Shown here: piece by piece, positions 39,672 through 55,600 of the stretch
How positions within the stretch are numbered: position 1 is the stretch's first letter
Layout of the letters: every line of letters starts with the position of its first letter
Assembly (NCBI GenBank): GCA_964057225.1
Contig: OZ059898.1
Coordinates: forward strand, 496,001 to 560,000
Direction: 5' to 3'
DNA length: 64,000 bases
Source: Auanema rhodensis
Lineage: Eukaryota; Animalia; Nematoda
Made by a program: the position numbers and the translations under genes
Notes under the pieces: model-generated
The model's input: the letters and a program-made list of their open reading frames with translations, nothing else
What the model was told of the DNA's origin: nothing
Databases searched by the model: none

Positions 39672-41777
39672 TTATCAGATTTGCGCTAGCTTAAAAATGC
39701 ACCGAGATATCAACTGATATAAGTTCACACTTATATCCTCGATTTTCACCCTGAAGAATTAATTTTTTCGTTGAATAACATTGTCCATCGTCTTTGCCTT
39801 GAAAAAAGGAATCTAAAAACATCTACTTTTTGCTAAATTATTTTGAAATTTTTCGAAAAAATTTTTGTCAAAATGTTTTTGGAAGCAATGTTGAGTGTAC
39901 ATGGAAACTCAACATACACTAATGCATCATTTTTCAAACGATCATAACTAATTTTTGTATTAAGCGTTTCTCAATGTAGTATAGTGCATTCGATGCGGAT
40001 TTTTAAGCTGCGTCGATCTGTGTTATCAGATTTGCGCTAGCTTAAAAATGCACCGAGATATCAACTGATATAAGTTCACACTTATATCCTCGATTTTCAC
40101 CCTGAAGAATTAATTTTTTCGTTGAATAACATTGTCCATCGTCTTTGCCTTGAAAAAAGGAATCTAAAAACATCTACTTTTTGCTAAATTATTTTGAAAT
40201 TTTTCGAAAAAATTTTTGTCAAAATGTTTTTGGAAGCAATGTTGAGTGTACATGGAAACTCAACATACACTAATGCATCATTTTTCAAACGATCATAACT
40301 AATTTTTGTATTAAGCGTTTCTCAATGTAGTATAGTGCATTCGATGCGGATTTTTAAGCTGCGTCGATCTGTGTTATCAGATTTGCGCTAGCTTAAAAAT
40401 GCACCGAGATATCATTTGATATAAGTTCACACTTATATCCTCGATTTTCACCCTGAAGAATTAATTTTTTCGTTGAATAACATTGTCCATCGTCTTTGCC
40501 TTGAAAAAAGAAATCTAAAAACATCTACTTTTTGCTAAATTATTTTGAAATTTTTCGAAAAAAGTTTTGTCAAAATGTTTTTGGAAGCAATGTTGAGTGT
40601 ACATGGAAACTCAACATACACTAATGCATCATTTTTCAAACGATCATAACTAATTTTTGTATTAAGCGTTTCTCAATGTAGTATAGTGCATTCGATGCGG
40701 ATTTTTAAGCTGCGTCGATCTGTGTTATCAGATTTGCGCTAGCTTAAAAATGCACCGAGATATCAACTGATATAAGTTCACACTTATATCCTCGATTTTC
40801 ACCCTGAAGAATTAATTTTTTCGTTGAATAACATTGTCCATCGTCTTTGCCTTGAAAAAAGGAATCTAAAAACATCTACTTTTTGCTAAATTATTTTGAA
40901 ATTTTTCGAAAAAATTTTTGTCAAAATGTTTTTGGAAGCAATGTTGAGTGTACATGGAAACTCAACATACACTAATGCATCATTTTTCAAACGATCATAA
41001 CTAATTTTTGTATTAAGCGTTTCTCAATGTAGTATAGTGCATTCGATGCGGATTTTTAAGCTGCGTCGATCTGTGTTATCAGATTTGCGCTAGCTTAAAA
41101 ATGCACCGAGATATCAACTGATATAAGTTCACACTTATATCCTCGATTTTCACCCTGAAGAATTAATTTTTTCGTTGAATAACATTGTCCATCGTCTTTG
41201 CCTTGAAAAAAGGAATCTAAAAACATCTACTTTTTGCTAAATTATTTTGAAATTTTTCGAAAAAATTTTTGTCAAAATGTTTTTGGAAGCAATGTTGAGT
41301 GTACATGGAAACTCAACATACACTAATGCATCATTTTTCAAACGATCATAACTAATTTTTGTATTAAGCGTTTCTCAATGTAGTATAGTGCATTCGATGC
41401 GGATTTTTAAGCTGCGTCGATCTGTGTTATCAGATTTGCGCTAGCTTAAAAATGCACCGAGATATCATTTGATATAAGTTCACACTTATATCCTCGATTT
41501 TCACCCTGAAGAATTAATTTTTTCGTTGAATAACATTGTCCATCGTCTTTGCCTTGAAAAAAGAAATCTAAAAACATCTACTTTTTGCTAAATTATTTTG
41601 AAATTTTTCGAAAAAAGTTTTGTCAAAATGTTTTTGGAAGCAATGTTGAGTGTACATGGAAACTCAACATACACTAATGCATCATTTTTCAAACGATCAT
41701 AACTAATTTTTGTATTAAGCGTTTCTCAATGTAGTATAGTGCATTCGATGCGGATTTTTAAGCTGCGTCGATCTGTG
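39672..41777. repeat. 3-monomer duplication (1053 bp x2)
   Basis: Monomers 116 and 119 share atcatttg, G138A and T191G. The breakpoints are uncertain because the flanking monomers are consensus. Confidence 0.8.
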
Positions 41778-44234
41778 TTATCAGATTTGCGCTAGCTTAA
41801 AAATGCACCGAGATATCAACTGATATAAGTTCACACTTATATCCTCGATTTTCACCCTGAAGAATTAATTTTTTCGTTGAATAACATTGTCCATCGTCTT
41901 TGCCTTGAAAAAAGGAATCTAAAAACATCTACTTTTTGCTAAATTATTTTGAAATTTTTCGAAAAAATTTTTGTCAAAATGTTTTTGGAAGCAATGTTGA
42001 GTGTACATGGAAACTCAACATACACTAATGCATCATTTTTCAAACGATCATAACTAATTTTTGTATTAAGCGTTTCTCAATGTAGTATAGTGCATTCGAT
42101 GCGGATTTTTAAGCTGCGTCGATCTGTGTTATCAGATTTGCGCTAGCTTAAAAATGCACCGAGATATCAACTGATATAAGTTCACACTTATATCCTCGAT
42201 TTTCACCCTGAAGAATTAATTTTTTCGTTGAATAACATTGTCCATCGTCTTTGCCTTGAAAAAAGGAATCTAAAAACATCTACTTTTTGCTAAATTATTT
42301 TGAAATTTTTCGAAAAAATTTTTGTCAAAATGTTTTTGGAAGCAATGTTGAGTGTACATGGAAACTCAACACACACTAATGCATCATTTTTCAAACGATC
42401 ATAACTAATTTTTGTATTAAGCGTTTCTCAATGTAGTATAGTGCATTCGATGCGGATTTTTAAGCTGCGTCGATCTGTGTTATCAGATTTGCGCTAGCTT
42501 AAAAATGCACCGAGATATCAACTGATATAAGTTCACACTTATATCCTCGATTTTCACCCTGAAGAATTAATTTTTTCGTTGAATAACATTGTCCATCGTC
42601 TTTGCCTTGAAAAAAGGAATCTAAAAACATCTACTTTTTGCTAAATTATTTTGAAATTTTTCGAAAAAATTTTTGTCAAAATGTTTTTGGAAGCAATGTT
42701 GAGTGTACATGGAAACTCAACATACACTAATGCATCATTTTTCAAACGATCATAACTAATTTTTGTATTAAGCGTTTCTCAATGTAGTATAGTGCATTCG
42801 ATGCGGATTTTTAAGCTGCGTCGATCTGTGTTATCAGATTTGCGCTAGCTTAAAAATGCACCGAGATATCAACTGATATAAGTTCACACTTATATCCTCG
42901 ATTTTCACCCTGAAGAATTAATTTTTTCGTTGAATAACATTGTCCATCGTCTTTGCCTTGAAAAAAGGAATCTAAAAACATCTACTTTTTGCTAAATTAT
43001 TTTGAAATTTTTCGAAAAAATTTTTGTCAAAATGTTTTTGGAAGCAATGTTGAGTGTACATGGAAACTCAACATACACTAATGCATCATTTTTCAAACGA
43101 TCATAACTAATTTTTGTATTAAGCGTTTCTCAATGTAGTATAGTGCATTCGATGCGGATTTTTAAGCTGCGTCGATCTGTGTTATCAGATTTGCGCTAGC
43201 TTAAAAATGCACCGAGATATCAACTGATATAAGTTCACACTTATATCCTCGATTTTCACCCTGAAGAATTAATTTTTTCGTTGAATAACATTGTCCATCG
43301 TCTTTGCCTTGAAAAAAGGAATCTAAAAACATCTACTTTTTGCTAAATTATTTTGAAATTTTTCGAAAAAATTTTTGTCAAAATGTTTTTGGAAGCAATG
43401 TTGAGTGTACATGGAAACTCAACATACACTAATGCATCATTTTTCAAACGATCATAACTAATTTTTGTATTAAGCGTTTCTCAATGTAGTATAGTGCATT
43501 CGATGCGGATTTTTAAGCTGCGTCGATCTGTGTTATCAGATTTGCGCTAGCTTAAAAATGCACCGAGATATCAACTGATATAAGTTCACACTTATATCCT
43601 CGATTTTCACCCTGAAGAATTAATTTTTTCGTTGAATAACATTGTCCATCGTCTTTGCCTTGAAAAAAGGAATCTAAAAACATCTACTTTTTGCTAAATT
43701 ATTTTGAAATTTTTCGAAAAAATTTTTGTCAAAATGTTTTTGGAAGCAATGTTGAGTGTACATGGAAACTCAACATACACTAATGCATCATTTTTCAAAC
43801 GATCATAACTAATTTTTGTATTAAGCGTTTCTCAATGTAGTATAGTGCATTCGATGCGGATTTTTAAGCTGCGTCGATCTGTGTTATCAGATTTGCGCTA
43901 GCTTAAAAATGCACCGAGATATCAACTGATATAAGTTCACACTTATATCCTCGATTTTCACCCTGAAGAATTAATTTTTTCGTTGAATAACATTGTCCAT
44001 CGTCTTTGCCTTGAAAAAAGGAATCTAAAAACATCTACTTTTTGCTAAATTATTTTGAAATTTTTCGAAAAAATTTTTGTCAAAATGTTTTTGGAAGCAA
44101 TGTTGAGTGTACATGGAAACTCAACATACACTAATGCATCATTTTTCAAACGATCATAACTAATTTTTGTATTAAGCGTTTCTCAATGTAGTATAGTGCA
44201 TTCGATGCGGATTTTTAAGCTGCGTCGATCTGTG

Positions 44235-47042
44235 TTATCAGATTTGCGCTAGCTTAAAAATGCACCGAGATATCAACTGATATAAGTTCACACTTATATC
44301 CTCGATTTTCACCCTGAAGAATTAATTTTTTCGTTGAATAACATTGTCCATCGTCTTTGCCTTGAAAAAAGGAATCTAAAAACATCTACTTGTTGCTAAA
44401 TTATTTTGAAATTTTTCGAAAAAATTTTTGTCAAAATGTTTTTGGAAGCAATGTTGAGTGTACATGGAAACTCAACATACACTAATGCATTATTTTTCAA
44501 ACGATCATAACTAATTTTTGTATTCAGCGTTTCTCAATGTAGTATAGTGCATTCGATGCGGATTTTTAAGCTGCGTCGATCTGTGTTATCAGATTTGCGC
44601 TAGCTTAAAAATGCACCGAGATATCAACTGATATAAGTTCACACTTATATCCTCGATTTTCACCCTGAAGAATTAATTTTTTCGTTGAATAACATTGTCC
44701 ATAGTCTTTGCCTTAAAAAAAGGAATCTAAAAACATCTACTTTTTGCTAAATTATTTTGAAATTTTTCGAAAAAATTTTTGTCAAAATGTTTTTGGAAGC
44801 AATGTTGAGTGTACATGGAAACTCAACATACACTAATGCATCATTTTTCAAACGATCATAACTAATTTTTGTATTAAGCGTTTCTCAATGTAGTATAGTG
44901 CATTCGATGCGGATTTTTAAGCTGCGTCGATCTGTGTTATCAGATTTGCGCTAGCTTAAAAATGCACCGAGATATCAACTGATATAAGTTCACACTTATA
45001 TCCTCGATTTTCACCCTGAAGAATTAATTTTTTCGTTGAATAACATTGTCCATCGTCTTTGCCTTGAAAAAAGGAATCTAAAAACATCTACTTTTTGCTA
45101 AATTATTTTGAAATTTTTCGAAAAAATTTTTGTCAAAATGTTTTTGGAAGCAATGTTGAGTGTACATGGAAACTCAACATACACTAATGCATCATTTTTC
45201 AAACGATCATAACTAATTTTTGTATTAAGCGTTTCTCAATGTAGTATAGTGCATTCGATGCGGATTTTTAAGCTGCGTCGATCTGTGTTATCAGATTTGC
45301 GCTAGCTTAAAAATGCACCGAGATATCAACTGATATAAGTTCACACTTATATCCTCGATTTTCACCCTGAAGAATTAATTTTTTCGTTGAATAACATTGT
45401 CCATCGTCTTTGCCTTGAAAAAAGGAATCTAAAAACATCTACTTTTTGCTAAATTATTTTGAAATTTTTCGAAAAAATTTTTGTCAAAATGTTTTTGGAA
45501 GCAATGTTGAGTGTACATGGAAACTCAACATACACTAATGCATCATTTTTCAAACGATCATAACTAATTTTTGTATTAAGCGTTTCTCAATGTAGTATAG
45601 TGCATTCGATGCGGATTTTTAAGCTGCGTCGATCTGTGTTATCAGATTTGCGCTAGCTTAAAAATGCACCGAGATATCAACTGATATAAGTTCACACTTA
45701 TATCCTCGATTTTCACCCTGAAGAATTAATTTTTTCGTTGAATAACATTGTCCATCGTCTTTGCCTTGAAAAAAGGAATCTAAAAACATCTACTTGTTGC
45801 TAAATTATTTTGAAATTTTTCGAAAAAATTTTTGTCAAAATGTTTTTGGAAGCAATGTTGAGTGTACATGGAAACTCAACATACACTAATGCATTATTTT
45901 TCAAACGATCATAACTAATTTTTGTATTCAGCGTTTCTCAATGTAGTATAGTGCATTCGATGCGGATTTTTAAGCTGCGTCGATCTGTGTTATCAGATTT
46001 GCGCTAGCTTAAAAATGCACCGAGATATCAACTGATATAAGTTCACACTTATATCCTCGATTTTCACCCTGAAGAATTAATTTTTTCGTTGAATAACATT
46101 GTCCATAGTCTTTGCCTTAAAAAAAGGAATCTAAAAACATCTACTTTTTGCTAAATTATTTTGAAATTTTTCGAAAAAATTTTTGTCAAAATGTTTTTGG
46201 AAGCAATGTTGAGTGTACATGGAAACTCAACATACACTAATGCATCATTTTTCAAACGATCATAACTAATTTTTGTATTAAGCGTTTCTCAATGTAGTAT
46301 AGTGCATTCGATGCGGATTTTTAAGCTGCGTCGATCTGTGTTATCAGATTTGCGCTAGCTTAAAAATGCACCGAGATATCAACTGATATAAGTTCACACT
46401 TATATCCTCGATTTTCACCCTGAAGAATTAATTTTTTCGTTGAATAACATTGTCCATCGTCTTTGCCTTGAAAAAAGGAATCTAAAAACATCTACTTTTT
46501 GCTAAATTATTTTGAAATTTTTCGAAAAAATTTTTGTCAAAATGTTTTTGGAAGCAATGTTGAGTGTACATGGAAACTCAACATACACTAATGCATCATT
46601 TTTCAAACGATCATAACTAATTTTTGTATTAAGCGTTTCTCAATGTAGTATAGTGCATTCGATGCGGATTTTTAAGCTGCGTCGATCTGTGTTATCAGAT
46701 TTGCGCTAGCTTAAAAATGCACCGAGATATCAACTGATATAAGTTCACACTTATATCCTCGATTTTCACCCTGAAGAATTAATTTTTTCGTTGAATAACA
46801 TTGTCCATCGTCTTTGCCTTGAAAAAAGGAATCTAAAAACATCTACTTTTTGCTAAATTATTTTGAAATTTTTCGAAAAAATTTTTGTCAAAATGTTTTT
46901 GGAAGCAATGTTGAGTGTACATGGAAACTCAACATACACTAATGCATCATTTTTCAAACGATCATAACTAATTTTTGTATTAAGCGTTTCTCAATGTAGT
47001 ATAGTGCATTCGATGCGGATTTTTAAGCTGCGTCGATCTGTG
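44235..47042. repeat. 4-monomer duplication (1404 bp x2)
   Basis: Monomers 127/131 share T158G+C257T+A291C, and 128/132 share C118A+G130A. Each pair is followed by two consensus monomers. Confidence 0.87.
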
Positions 47043-47744
47043 TTATCAGATTTGCGCTAGCTTAAAAATGCACCGAGATATCAACTGATATAAGTTCACA
47101 CTTATATCCTCGATTTTCACCCTGAAGAATTAATTTTTTCGTTGAATAACATTGTCCATCGTCTTTGCCTTGAAAAAAGGAATCTAAAAACATCTACTTG
47201 TTGCTAAATTATTTTGAAATTTTTCGAAAAAATTTTTGTCAAAATGTTTTTGGAAGCAATGTTGAGTGTACATGGAAACTCAACATACACTAATGCATTA
47301 TTTTTCAAACGATCATAACTAATTTTTGTATTAAGCGTTTCTCAATGTAGTATAGTGCATTCGATGCGGATTTTTAAGCTGCGTCGATCTGTGTTATCAG
47401 ATTTGCGCTAGCTTAAAAATGCACCGAGATATCAACTGATATAAGTTCACACTTATATCCTCGATTTTCACCCTGAAGAATTAATTTTTTCGTTGAATAA
47501 CATTGTCCATCGTCTTTGCCTTGAAAAAAGGAATCTAAAAACATCTACTTGTTGCTAAATTATTTTGAAATTTTTCGAAAAAATTTTTGTCAAAATGTTT
47601 TTGGAAGCAATGTTGAGTGTACATGGAAACTCAACATACACTAATGCATTATTTTTCAAACGATCATAACTAATTTTTGTATTAAGCGTTTCTCAATGTA
47701 GTATAGTGCATTCGATGCGGATTTTTAAGCTGCGTCGATCTGTG

Positions 47745-50700
47745 TTATCAGATTTGCGCTAGCTTAAAAATGCACCGAGATATCAACTGATATAAGTTCA
47801 CACTTATATCCTCGATTTTCACCCTGAAGAATTAATTTTTTCGTTGAATAACATTGTCCATAGTCTTTGCCTTGAAAAAAGGAATCTAAAAACATCTACT
47901 TTTTGCTAAATTATTTTGAAATTTTTCGAAAAAATTTTTGTCAAAATGTTTTTGGAAGCAATGTTGAGTGTACATGGAAACTCAACATACACTAATGCAT
48001 CATTTTTCAAACGATCATAACTAATTTTTGTATTAAGCGTTTCTCAATGTAGTATAGTGCATTCGATGCGGATTTTTAAGCTGCGTCGATCTGTGTTATC
48101 AGATTTGCGCTAGCTTAAAAATGCACCGAGATATCAACTGATATAAGTTCACACTTATATCCTCGATTTTCACCCTGAAGAATTAATTTTTTCGTTGAAT
48201 AACATTGTCCATCGTCTTTGCCTTGAAAAAAGGAATCTAAAAACATCTACTTGTTGCTAAATTATTTTGAAATTTTTCGAAAAAATTTTTGTCAAAATGT
48301 TTTTGGAAGCAATGTTGAGTGTACATGGAAACTCAACATACACTAATGCATTATTTTTCAAACGATCATAACTAATTTTTGTATTAAGCGTTTCTCAATG
48401 TAGTATAGTGCATTCGATGCGGATTTTTAAGCTGCGTCGATCTGTGTTATCAGATTTGCGCTAGCTTAAAAATGCACCGAGATATCAACTGATATAAGTT
48501 CACACTTATATCCTCGATTTTCACCCTGAAGAATTAATTTTTTCGTTGAATAACATTGTCCATCGTCTTTGCCTTGAAAAAAGGAATCTAAAAACATCTA
48601 CTTTTTGCTAAATTATTTTGAAATTTTTCGAAAAAATTTTTGTCAAAATGTTTTTGGAAGCAATGTTGAGTGTACATGGAAACTCAACATACACTAATGC
48701 ATCATTTTTCAAACGATCATAACTAATTTTTGTATTAAGCGTTTCTCAATGTAGTATAGTGCATTCGATGCGGATTTTTAAGCTGCGTCGATCTGTGTTA
48801 TCAGATTTGCGCTAGCTTAAAAATGCACCGAGATATCAACTGATATAAGTTCACACTTATATCCTCGATTTTCACCCTGAAGAATTAATTTTTTCGTTGA
48901 ATAACATTGTCCATCGTCTTTGCCTTGAAAAAAGGAATCTAAAAACATCTACTTGTTGCTAAATTATTTTGAAATTTTTCGAAAAAATTTTTGTCAAAAT
49001 GTTTTTGGAAGCAATGTTGAGTGTACATGGAAACTCAACATACACTAATGCATTATTTTTCAAACGATCATAACTAATTTTTGTATTAAGCGTTTCTCAA
49101 TGTAGTATAGTGCATTCGATGCGGATTTTTAAGCTGCGTCGATCTGTGTTATCAGATTTGCGCTAGCTTAAAAATGCACCGAGATATCAACTGATATAAG
49201 TTCACACTTATATCCTCGATTTTCACCCTGAAGAATTAATTTTTTCGTTGAATAACATTGTCCATCGTCTTTGCCTTGAAAAAAGGAATCTAAAAACATC
49301 TACTTTTTGCTAAATTATTTTGAAATTTTTCGAAAAAATTTTTGTCAAAATGTTTTTGGAAGCAATGTTGAGTGTACATGGAAACTCAACATACACTAAT
49401 GCATCATTTTTCAAACGATCATAACTAATTTTTGTATTAAGCGTTTCTCAATGTAGTATAGTGCATTCGATGCGGATTTTTAAGCTGCGTCGATCTGTGT
49501 TATCAGATTTGCGCTAGCTTAAAAATGCACCGAGATATCAACTGATATAAGTTCACACTTATATCCTCGATTTTCACCCTGAAGAATTAATTTTTTCGTT
49601 GAATAACATTGTCCATCGTCTTTGCCTTGAAAAAAGGAATCTAAAAACATCTACTTGTTGCTAAATTATTTTGAAATTTTTCGAAAAAATTTTTGTCAAA
49701 ATGTTTTTGGAAGCAATGTTGAGTGTACATGGAAACTCAACATACACTAATGCATTATTTTTCAAACGATCATAACTAATTTTTGTATTAAGCGTTTCTC
49801 AATGTAGTATAGTGCATTCGATGCGGATTTTTAAGCTGCGTCGATCTGTGTTATCAGATTTGCGCTAGCTTAAAAATGCACCGAGATATCAACTGATATA
49901 AGTTCACACTTATATCCTCGATTTTCACCCTGAAGAATTAATTTTTTCGTTGAATAACATTGTCCATAGTCTTTGCCTTGAAAAAAGGAATCTAAAAACA
50001 TCTACTTTTTGCTAAATTATTTTGAAATTTTTCGAAAAAATTTTTGTCAAAATGTTTTTGGAAGCAATGTTGAGTGTACATGGAAACTCAACATACACTA
50101 ATGCATTATTTTTCAAACGATCATAACTAATTTTTGTATTAAGCGTTTCTCAATGTAGTATAGTGCATTCGATGCGGATTTTTGAGCTGCGTCGATCTGT
50201 GTTATCAGATTTGCGCTAGCTTAAAAATGCACCGAGATATCAACTGATATAAGTTCACACTTATATCCTCGATTTTCACCCTGAAGAATTAATTTTTTCG
50301 TTGAATAACATTGTCCATAGTCTTTGCCTTGAAAAAAGGAATCTAAAAACATCTACTTTTTGCTAAATTATTTTGAAATTTTTCGAAAAAATTTTTGTCA
50401 AAATGTTTTTGGAAGCAATGTTGAGTGTACATGGAAACTCAACATACACTAATGCATCATTTTTCAAACGATCATAACTAATTTTTGTATTAAGCGTTTC
50501 TCAATGTAGTATAGTGCATTCGATGCGGATTTTTAAGCTGCGTCGATCTGTGTTATCAGATTTGCGCTAGCTTAAAAATGCACCGAGATATCAACTGATA
50601 TAAGTTCACACTTATATCCTCGATTTTCACCCTGAAGAATTAATTTTTTCGTTGAATAACATTGTCCATCGTCTTTGCCTTGAAAAAAGGAATCTAAAAA

Positions 50701-52658
50701 CATCTACTTGTTGCTAAATTATTTTGAAATTTTTCGAAAAAATTTTTGTCAAAATGTTTTTGGAAGCAATGTTGAGTGTACATGGAAACTCAACATACAC
50801 TAATGCATTATTTTTCAAACGATCATAACTAATTTTTGTATTAAGCGTTTCTCAATGTAGTATAGTGCATTCGATGCGGATTTTTAAGCTGCGTCGATCT
50901 GTGTTATCAGATTTGCGCTAGCTTAAAAATGCACCGAGATATCAACTGATATAAGTTCACACTTATATCCTCGATTTTCACCCTGAAGAATTAATTTTTT
51001 CGTTGAATAACATTGTCCATCGTCTTTGCCTTGAAAAAAGGAATCTAAAAACATCTACTTTTTGCTAAATTATTTTGAAATTTTTCGAAAAAATTTTTGT
51101 CAAAATGTTTTTGGAAGCAATGTTGAGTGTACATGGAAACTCAACATACACTAATGCATCATTTTTCAAACGATCATAACTAATTTTTGTATTAAGCGTT
51201 TCTCAATGTAGTATAGTGCATTCGATGCGGATTTTTAAGCTGCGTCGATCTGTGTTATCAGATTTGCGCTAGCTTAAAAATGCACCGAGATATCAACTGA
51301 TATAAGTTCACACTTATATCCTCGATTTTCACCCTGAAGAATTAATTTTTTCGTTGAATAACATTGTCCATCGTCTTTGCCTTGAAAAAAGGAATCTAAA
51401 AACATCTACTTGTTGCTAAATTATTTTGAAATTTTTCGAAAAAATTTTTGTCAAAATGTTTTTGGAAGCAATGTTGAGTGTACATGGAAACTCAACATAC
51501 ACTAATGCATTATTTTTCAAACGATCATAACTAATTTTTGTATTAAGCGTTTCTCAATGTAGTATAGTGCATTCGATGCGGATTTTTAAGCTGCGTCGAT
51601 CTGTGTTATCAGATTTGCGCTAGCTTAAAAATGCACCGAGATATCAACTGATATAAGTTCACACTTATATCCTCGATTTTCACCCTGAAGAATTAATTTT
51701 TTCGTTGAATAACATTGTCCATCGTCTTTGCCTTGAAAAAAGGAATCTAAAAACATCTACTTTTTGCTAAATTATTTTGAAATTTTTCGAAAAAATTTTT
51801 GTCAAAATGTTTTTGGAAGCAATGTTGAGTGTACATGGAAACTCAACATACACTAATGCATCATTTTTCAAACGATCATAACTAATTTTTGTATTAAGCG
51901 TTTCTCAATGTAGTATAGTGCATTCGATGCGGATTTTTAAGCTGCGTCGATCTGTGTTATCAGATTTGCGCTAGCTTAAAAATGCACCGAGATATCAACT
52001 GATATAAGTTCACACTTATATCCTCGATTTTCACCCTGAAGAATTAATTTTTTCGTTGAATAACATTGTCCATCGTCTTTGCCTTGAAAAAAGGAATCTA
52101 AAAACATCTACTTGTTGCTAAATTATTTTGAAATTTTTCGAAAAAATTTTTGTCAAAATGTTTTTGGAAGCAATGTTGAGTGTACATGGAAACTCAACAT
52201 ACACTAATGCATTATTTTTCAAACGATCATAACTAATTTTTGTATTAAGCGTTTCTCAATGTAGTATAGTGCATTCGATGCGGATTTTTAAGCTGCGTCG
52301 ATCTGTGTTATCAGATTTGCGCTAGCTTAAAAATGCACCGAGATATCAACTGATATAAGTTCACACTTATATCCTCGATTTTCACCCTGAAGAATTAATT
52401 TTTTCGTTGAATAACATTGTCCATAGTCTTTGCCTTGAAAAAAGGAATCTAAAAACATCTACTTTTTGCTAAATTATTTTGAAATTTTTCGAAAAAATTT
52501 TTGTCAAAATGTTTTTGGAAGCAATGTTGAGTGTACATGGAAACTCAACATACACTAATGCATTATTTTTCAAACGATCATGACTAATTTTTGTATTAAG
52601 CGTTTCTCAATGTAGTATAGTGCATTCGATGCGGATTTTTGAGCTGCGTCGATCTGTG
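47745..52658. repeat. 7-monomer duplication (2457 bp x2, partial third copy follows)
   Basis: Monomers 137-143 and 144-150 share the order C118A, FE, consensus, FE, consensus, FE, C118A+C257T+A334G, where FE = T158G+C257T. Confidence 0.85.
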
Positions 52659-55600
52659 TTATCAGATTTGCGCTAGCTTAAAAATGCACCGAGATATCAA
52701 CTGATATAAGTTCACACTTATATCCTCGATTTTCACCCTGAAGAATTAATTTTTTCGTTGAATAACATTGTCCATAGTCTTTGCCTTGAAAAAAGGAATC
52801 TAAAAACATCTACTTTTTGCTAAATTATTTTGAAATTTTTCGAAAAAATTTTTGTCAAAATGTTTTTGGAAGCAATGTTGAGTGTACATGGAAACTCAAC
52901 ATACACTAATGCATCATTTTTCAAACGATCATAACTAATTTTTGTATTAAGCGTTTCTCAATGTAGTATAGTGCATTCGATGCGGATTTTTAAGCTGCGT
53001 CGATCTGTGTTATCAGATTTGCGCTAGCTTAAAAATGCACCGAGATATCAACTGATATAAGTTCACACTTATATCCTCGATTTTCACCCTGAAGAATTAA
53101 TTTTTTCGTTGAATAACATTGTCCATCGTCTTTGCCTTGAAAAAAGGAATCTAAAAACATCTACTTGTTGCTAAATTATTTTGAAATTTTTCGAAAAAAT
53201 TTTTGTCAAAATGTTTTTGGAAGCAATGTTGAGTGTACATGGAAACTCAACATACACTAATGCATTATTTTTCAAACGATCATAACTAATTTTTGTATTA
53301 AGCGTTTTTCAATGTAGTATAGTGCATTCGATGCGGATTTTTAAGCTGCGTCGATCTGTGTTATCAGATTTGCGCTAGCTTAAAAATGCACCGAGATATC
53401 AACTGATATAAGTTCACACTTATATCCTCGATTTTCACCCTGAAGAATTAATTTTTTCGTTGAATAACATTGTCCATCGTCTTTGCCTTGAAAAAAGGAA
53501 TCTAAAAACATCTACTTTTTGCTAAATTATTTTGAAATTTTTCGAAAAAATTTTTGTCAAAATGTTTTTGGAAGCAATGTTGAGTGTACATGGAAACTCA
53601 ACATACACTAATGCATCATTTTTCAAACGATCATAACTAATTTTTGTATTAAGCGTTTCTCAATGTAGTATAGTGCATTCGATGCGGATTTTTAAGCTGC
53701 GTCGATCTGTGTTATCAGATTTGCGCTAGCTTAAAAATGCACCGAGATATCAACTGATATAAGTTCACACTTATATCCTCGATTTTCACCCTGAAGAATT
53801 AATTTTTTCGTTGAATAACATTGTCCATCGTCTTTGCCTTGAAAAAAGGAATCTAAAAACATCTACTTTTTGCTAAATTATTTTGAAATTTTTCGAAAAA
53901 ATTTTTGTCAAAATGTTTTTGGAAGCAATGTTGAGTGTACATGGAAACTCAACATACACTAATGCATCATTTTTCAAACGATCATAACTAATTTTTGTAT
54001 TAAGCGTTTCTCAATGTAGTATAGTGCATTCGATGCGGATTTTTAAGCTGCGTCGATCTGTGTTATCAGATTTGCGCTAGCTTAAAAATGCACCGAGATA
54101 TCAACTGATATAAGTTCACACTTATATCCTCGATTTTCACCCTGAAGAATTAATTTTTTCGTTGAATAACATTGTCCATCGTCTTTGCCTTGAAAAAAGG
54201 AATCTAAAAACATCTACTTGTTGCTAAATTATTTTGAAATTTTTCGAAAAAATTTTTGTCAAAATGTTTTTGGAAGCAATGTTGAGTGTACATGGAAACT
54301 CAACATACACTAATGCATTATTTTTCAAACGATCATAACTAATTTTTGTATTAAGCGTTTCTCAATGTAGTATAGTGCATTCGATGCGGATTTTTAAGCT
54401 GCGTCGATCTGTGTTATCAGATTTGCGCTAGCTTAAAAATGCACCGAGATATCAACTGATATAAGTTCACACTTATATCCTCGATTTTCACCCTGAAGAA
54501 TTAATTTTTTCGTTGAATAACATTGTCCATCGTCTTTGCCTTGAAAAAAGGAATCTAAAAACATCTACTTTTTGCTAAATTATTTTGAAATTTTTCGAAA
54601 AAATTTTTGTCAAAATGTTTTTGGAAGCAATGTTGAGTGTACATGGAAACTCAACATACACTAATGCATCATTTTTCAAACGATCATAACTAATTTTTGT
54701 ATTAAGCGTTTCTCAATGTAGTATAGTGCATTCGATGCGGATTTTTAAGCTGCGTCGATCTGTGTTATCAGATTTGCGCTAGCTTAAAAATGCACCGAGA
54801 TATCAACTGATATAAGTTCACACTTATATCCTCGATTTTCACCCTGAAGAATTAATTTTTTCGTTGAATAACATTGTCCATCGTCTTTGCCTTGAAAAAA
54901 GGAATCTAAAAACATCTACTTTTTGCTAAATTATTTTGAAATTTTTCGAAAAAATTTTTGTCAAAATGTTTTTGGAAGCAATGTTGAGTGTACATGGAAA
55001 CTCAACATACACTAATGCATCATTTTTCAAACGATCATAACTAATTTTTGTATTAAGCGTTTCTCAATGTAGTATAGTGCATTCGATGCGGATTTTTAAG
55101 CTGCGTCGATCTGTGTTATCAGATTTGCGCTAGCTTAAAAATGCACCGAGATATCAACTGATATAAGTTCACACTTATATCCTCGATTTTCACCCTGAAG
55201 AATTAATTTTTTCGTTGAATAACATTGTCCATCGTCTTTGCCTTGAAAAAAGGAATCTAAAAACATCTACTTTTTGCTAAATTATTTTGAAATTTTTCGA
55301 AAAAATTTTTGTCAAAATGTTTTTGGAAGCAATGTTGAGTGTACATGGAAACTCAACATACACTAATGCATCATTTTTCAAACGATCATAACTAATTTTT
55401 GTATTAAGCGTTTCTCAATGTAGTATAGTGCATTCGATGCGGATTTTTAAGCTGCGTCGATCTGTGTTATCAGATTTGCGCTAGCTTAAAAATGCACCGA
55501 GATATCAACTGATATAAGTTCACACTTATATCCTCGATTTTCACCCTGAAGAATTAATTTTTTCGTTGAATAACATTGTCCATCGTCTTTGCCTTGAAAA

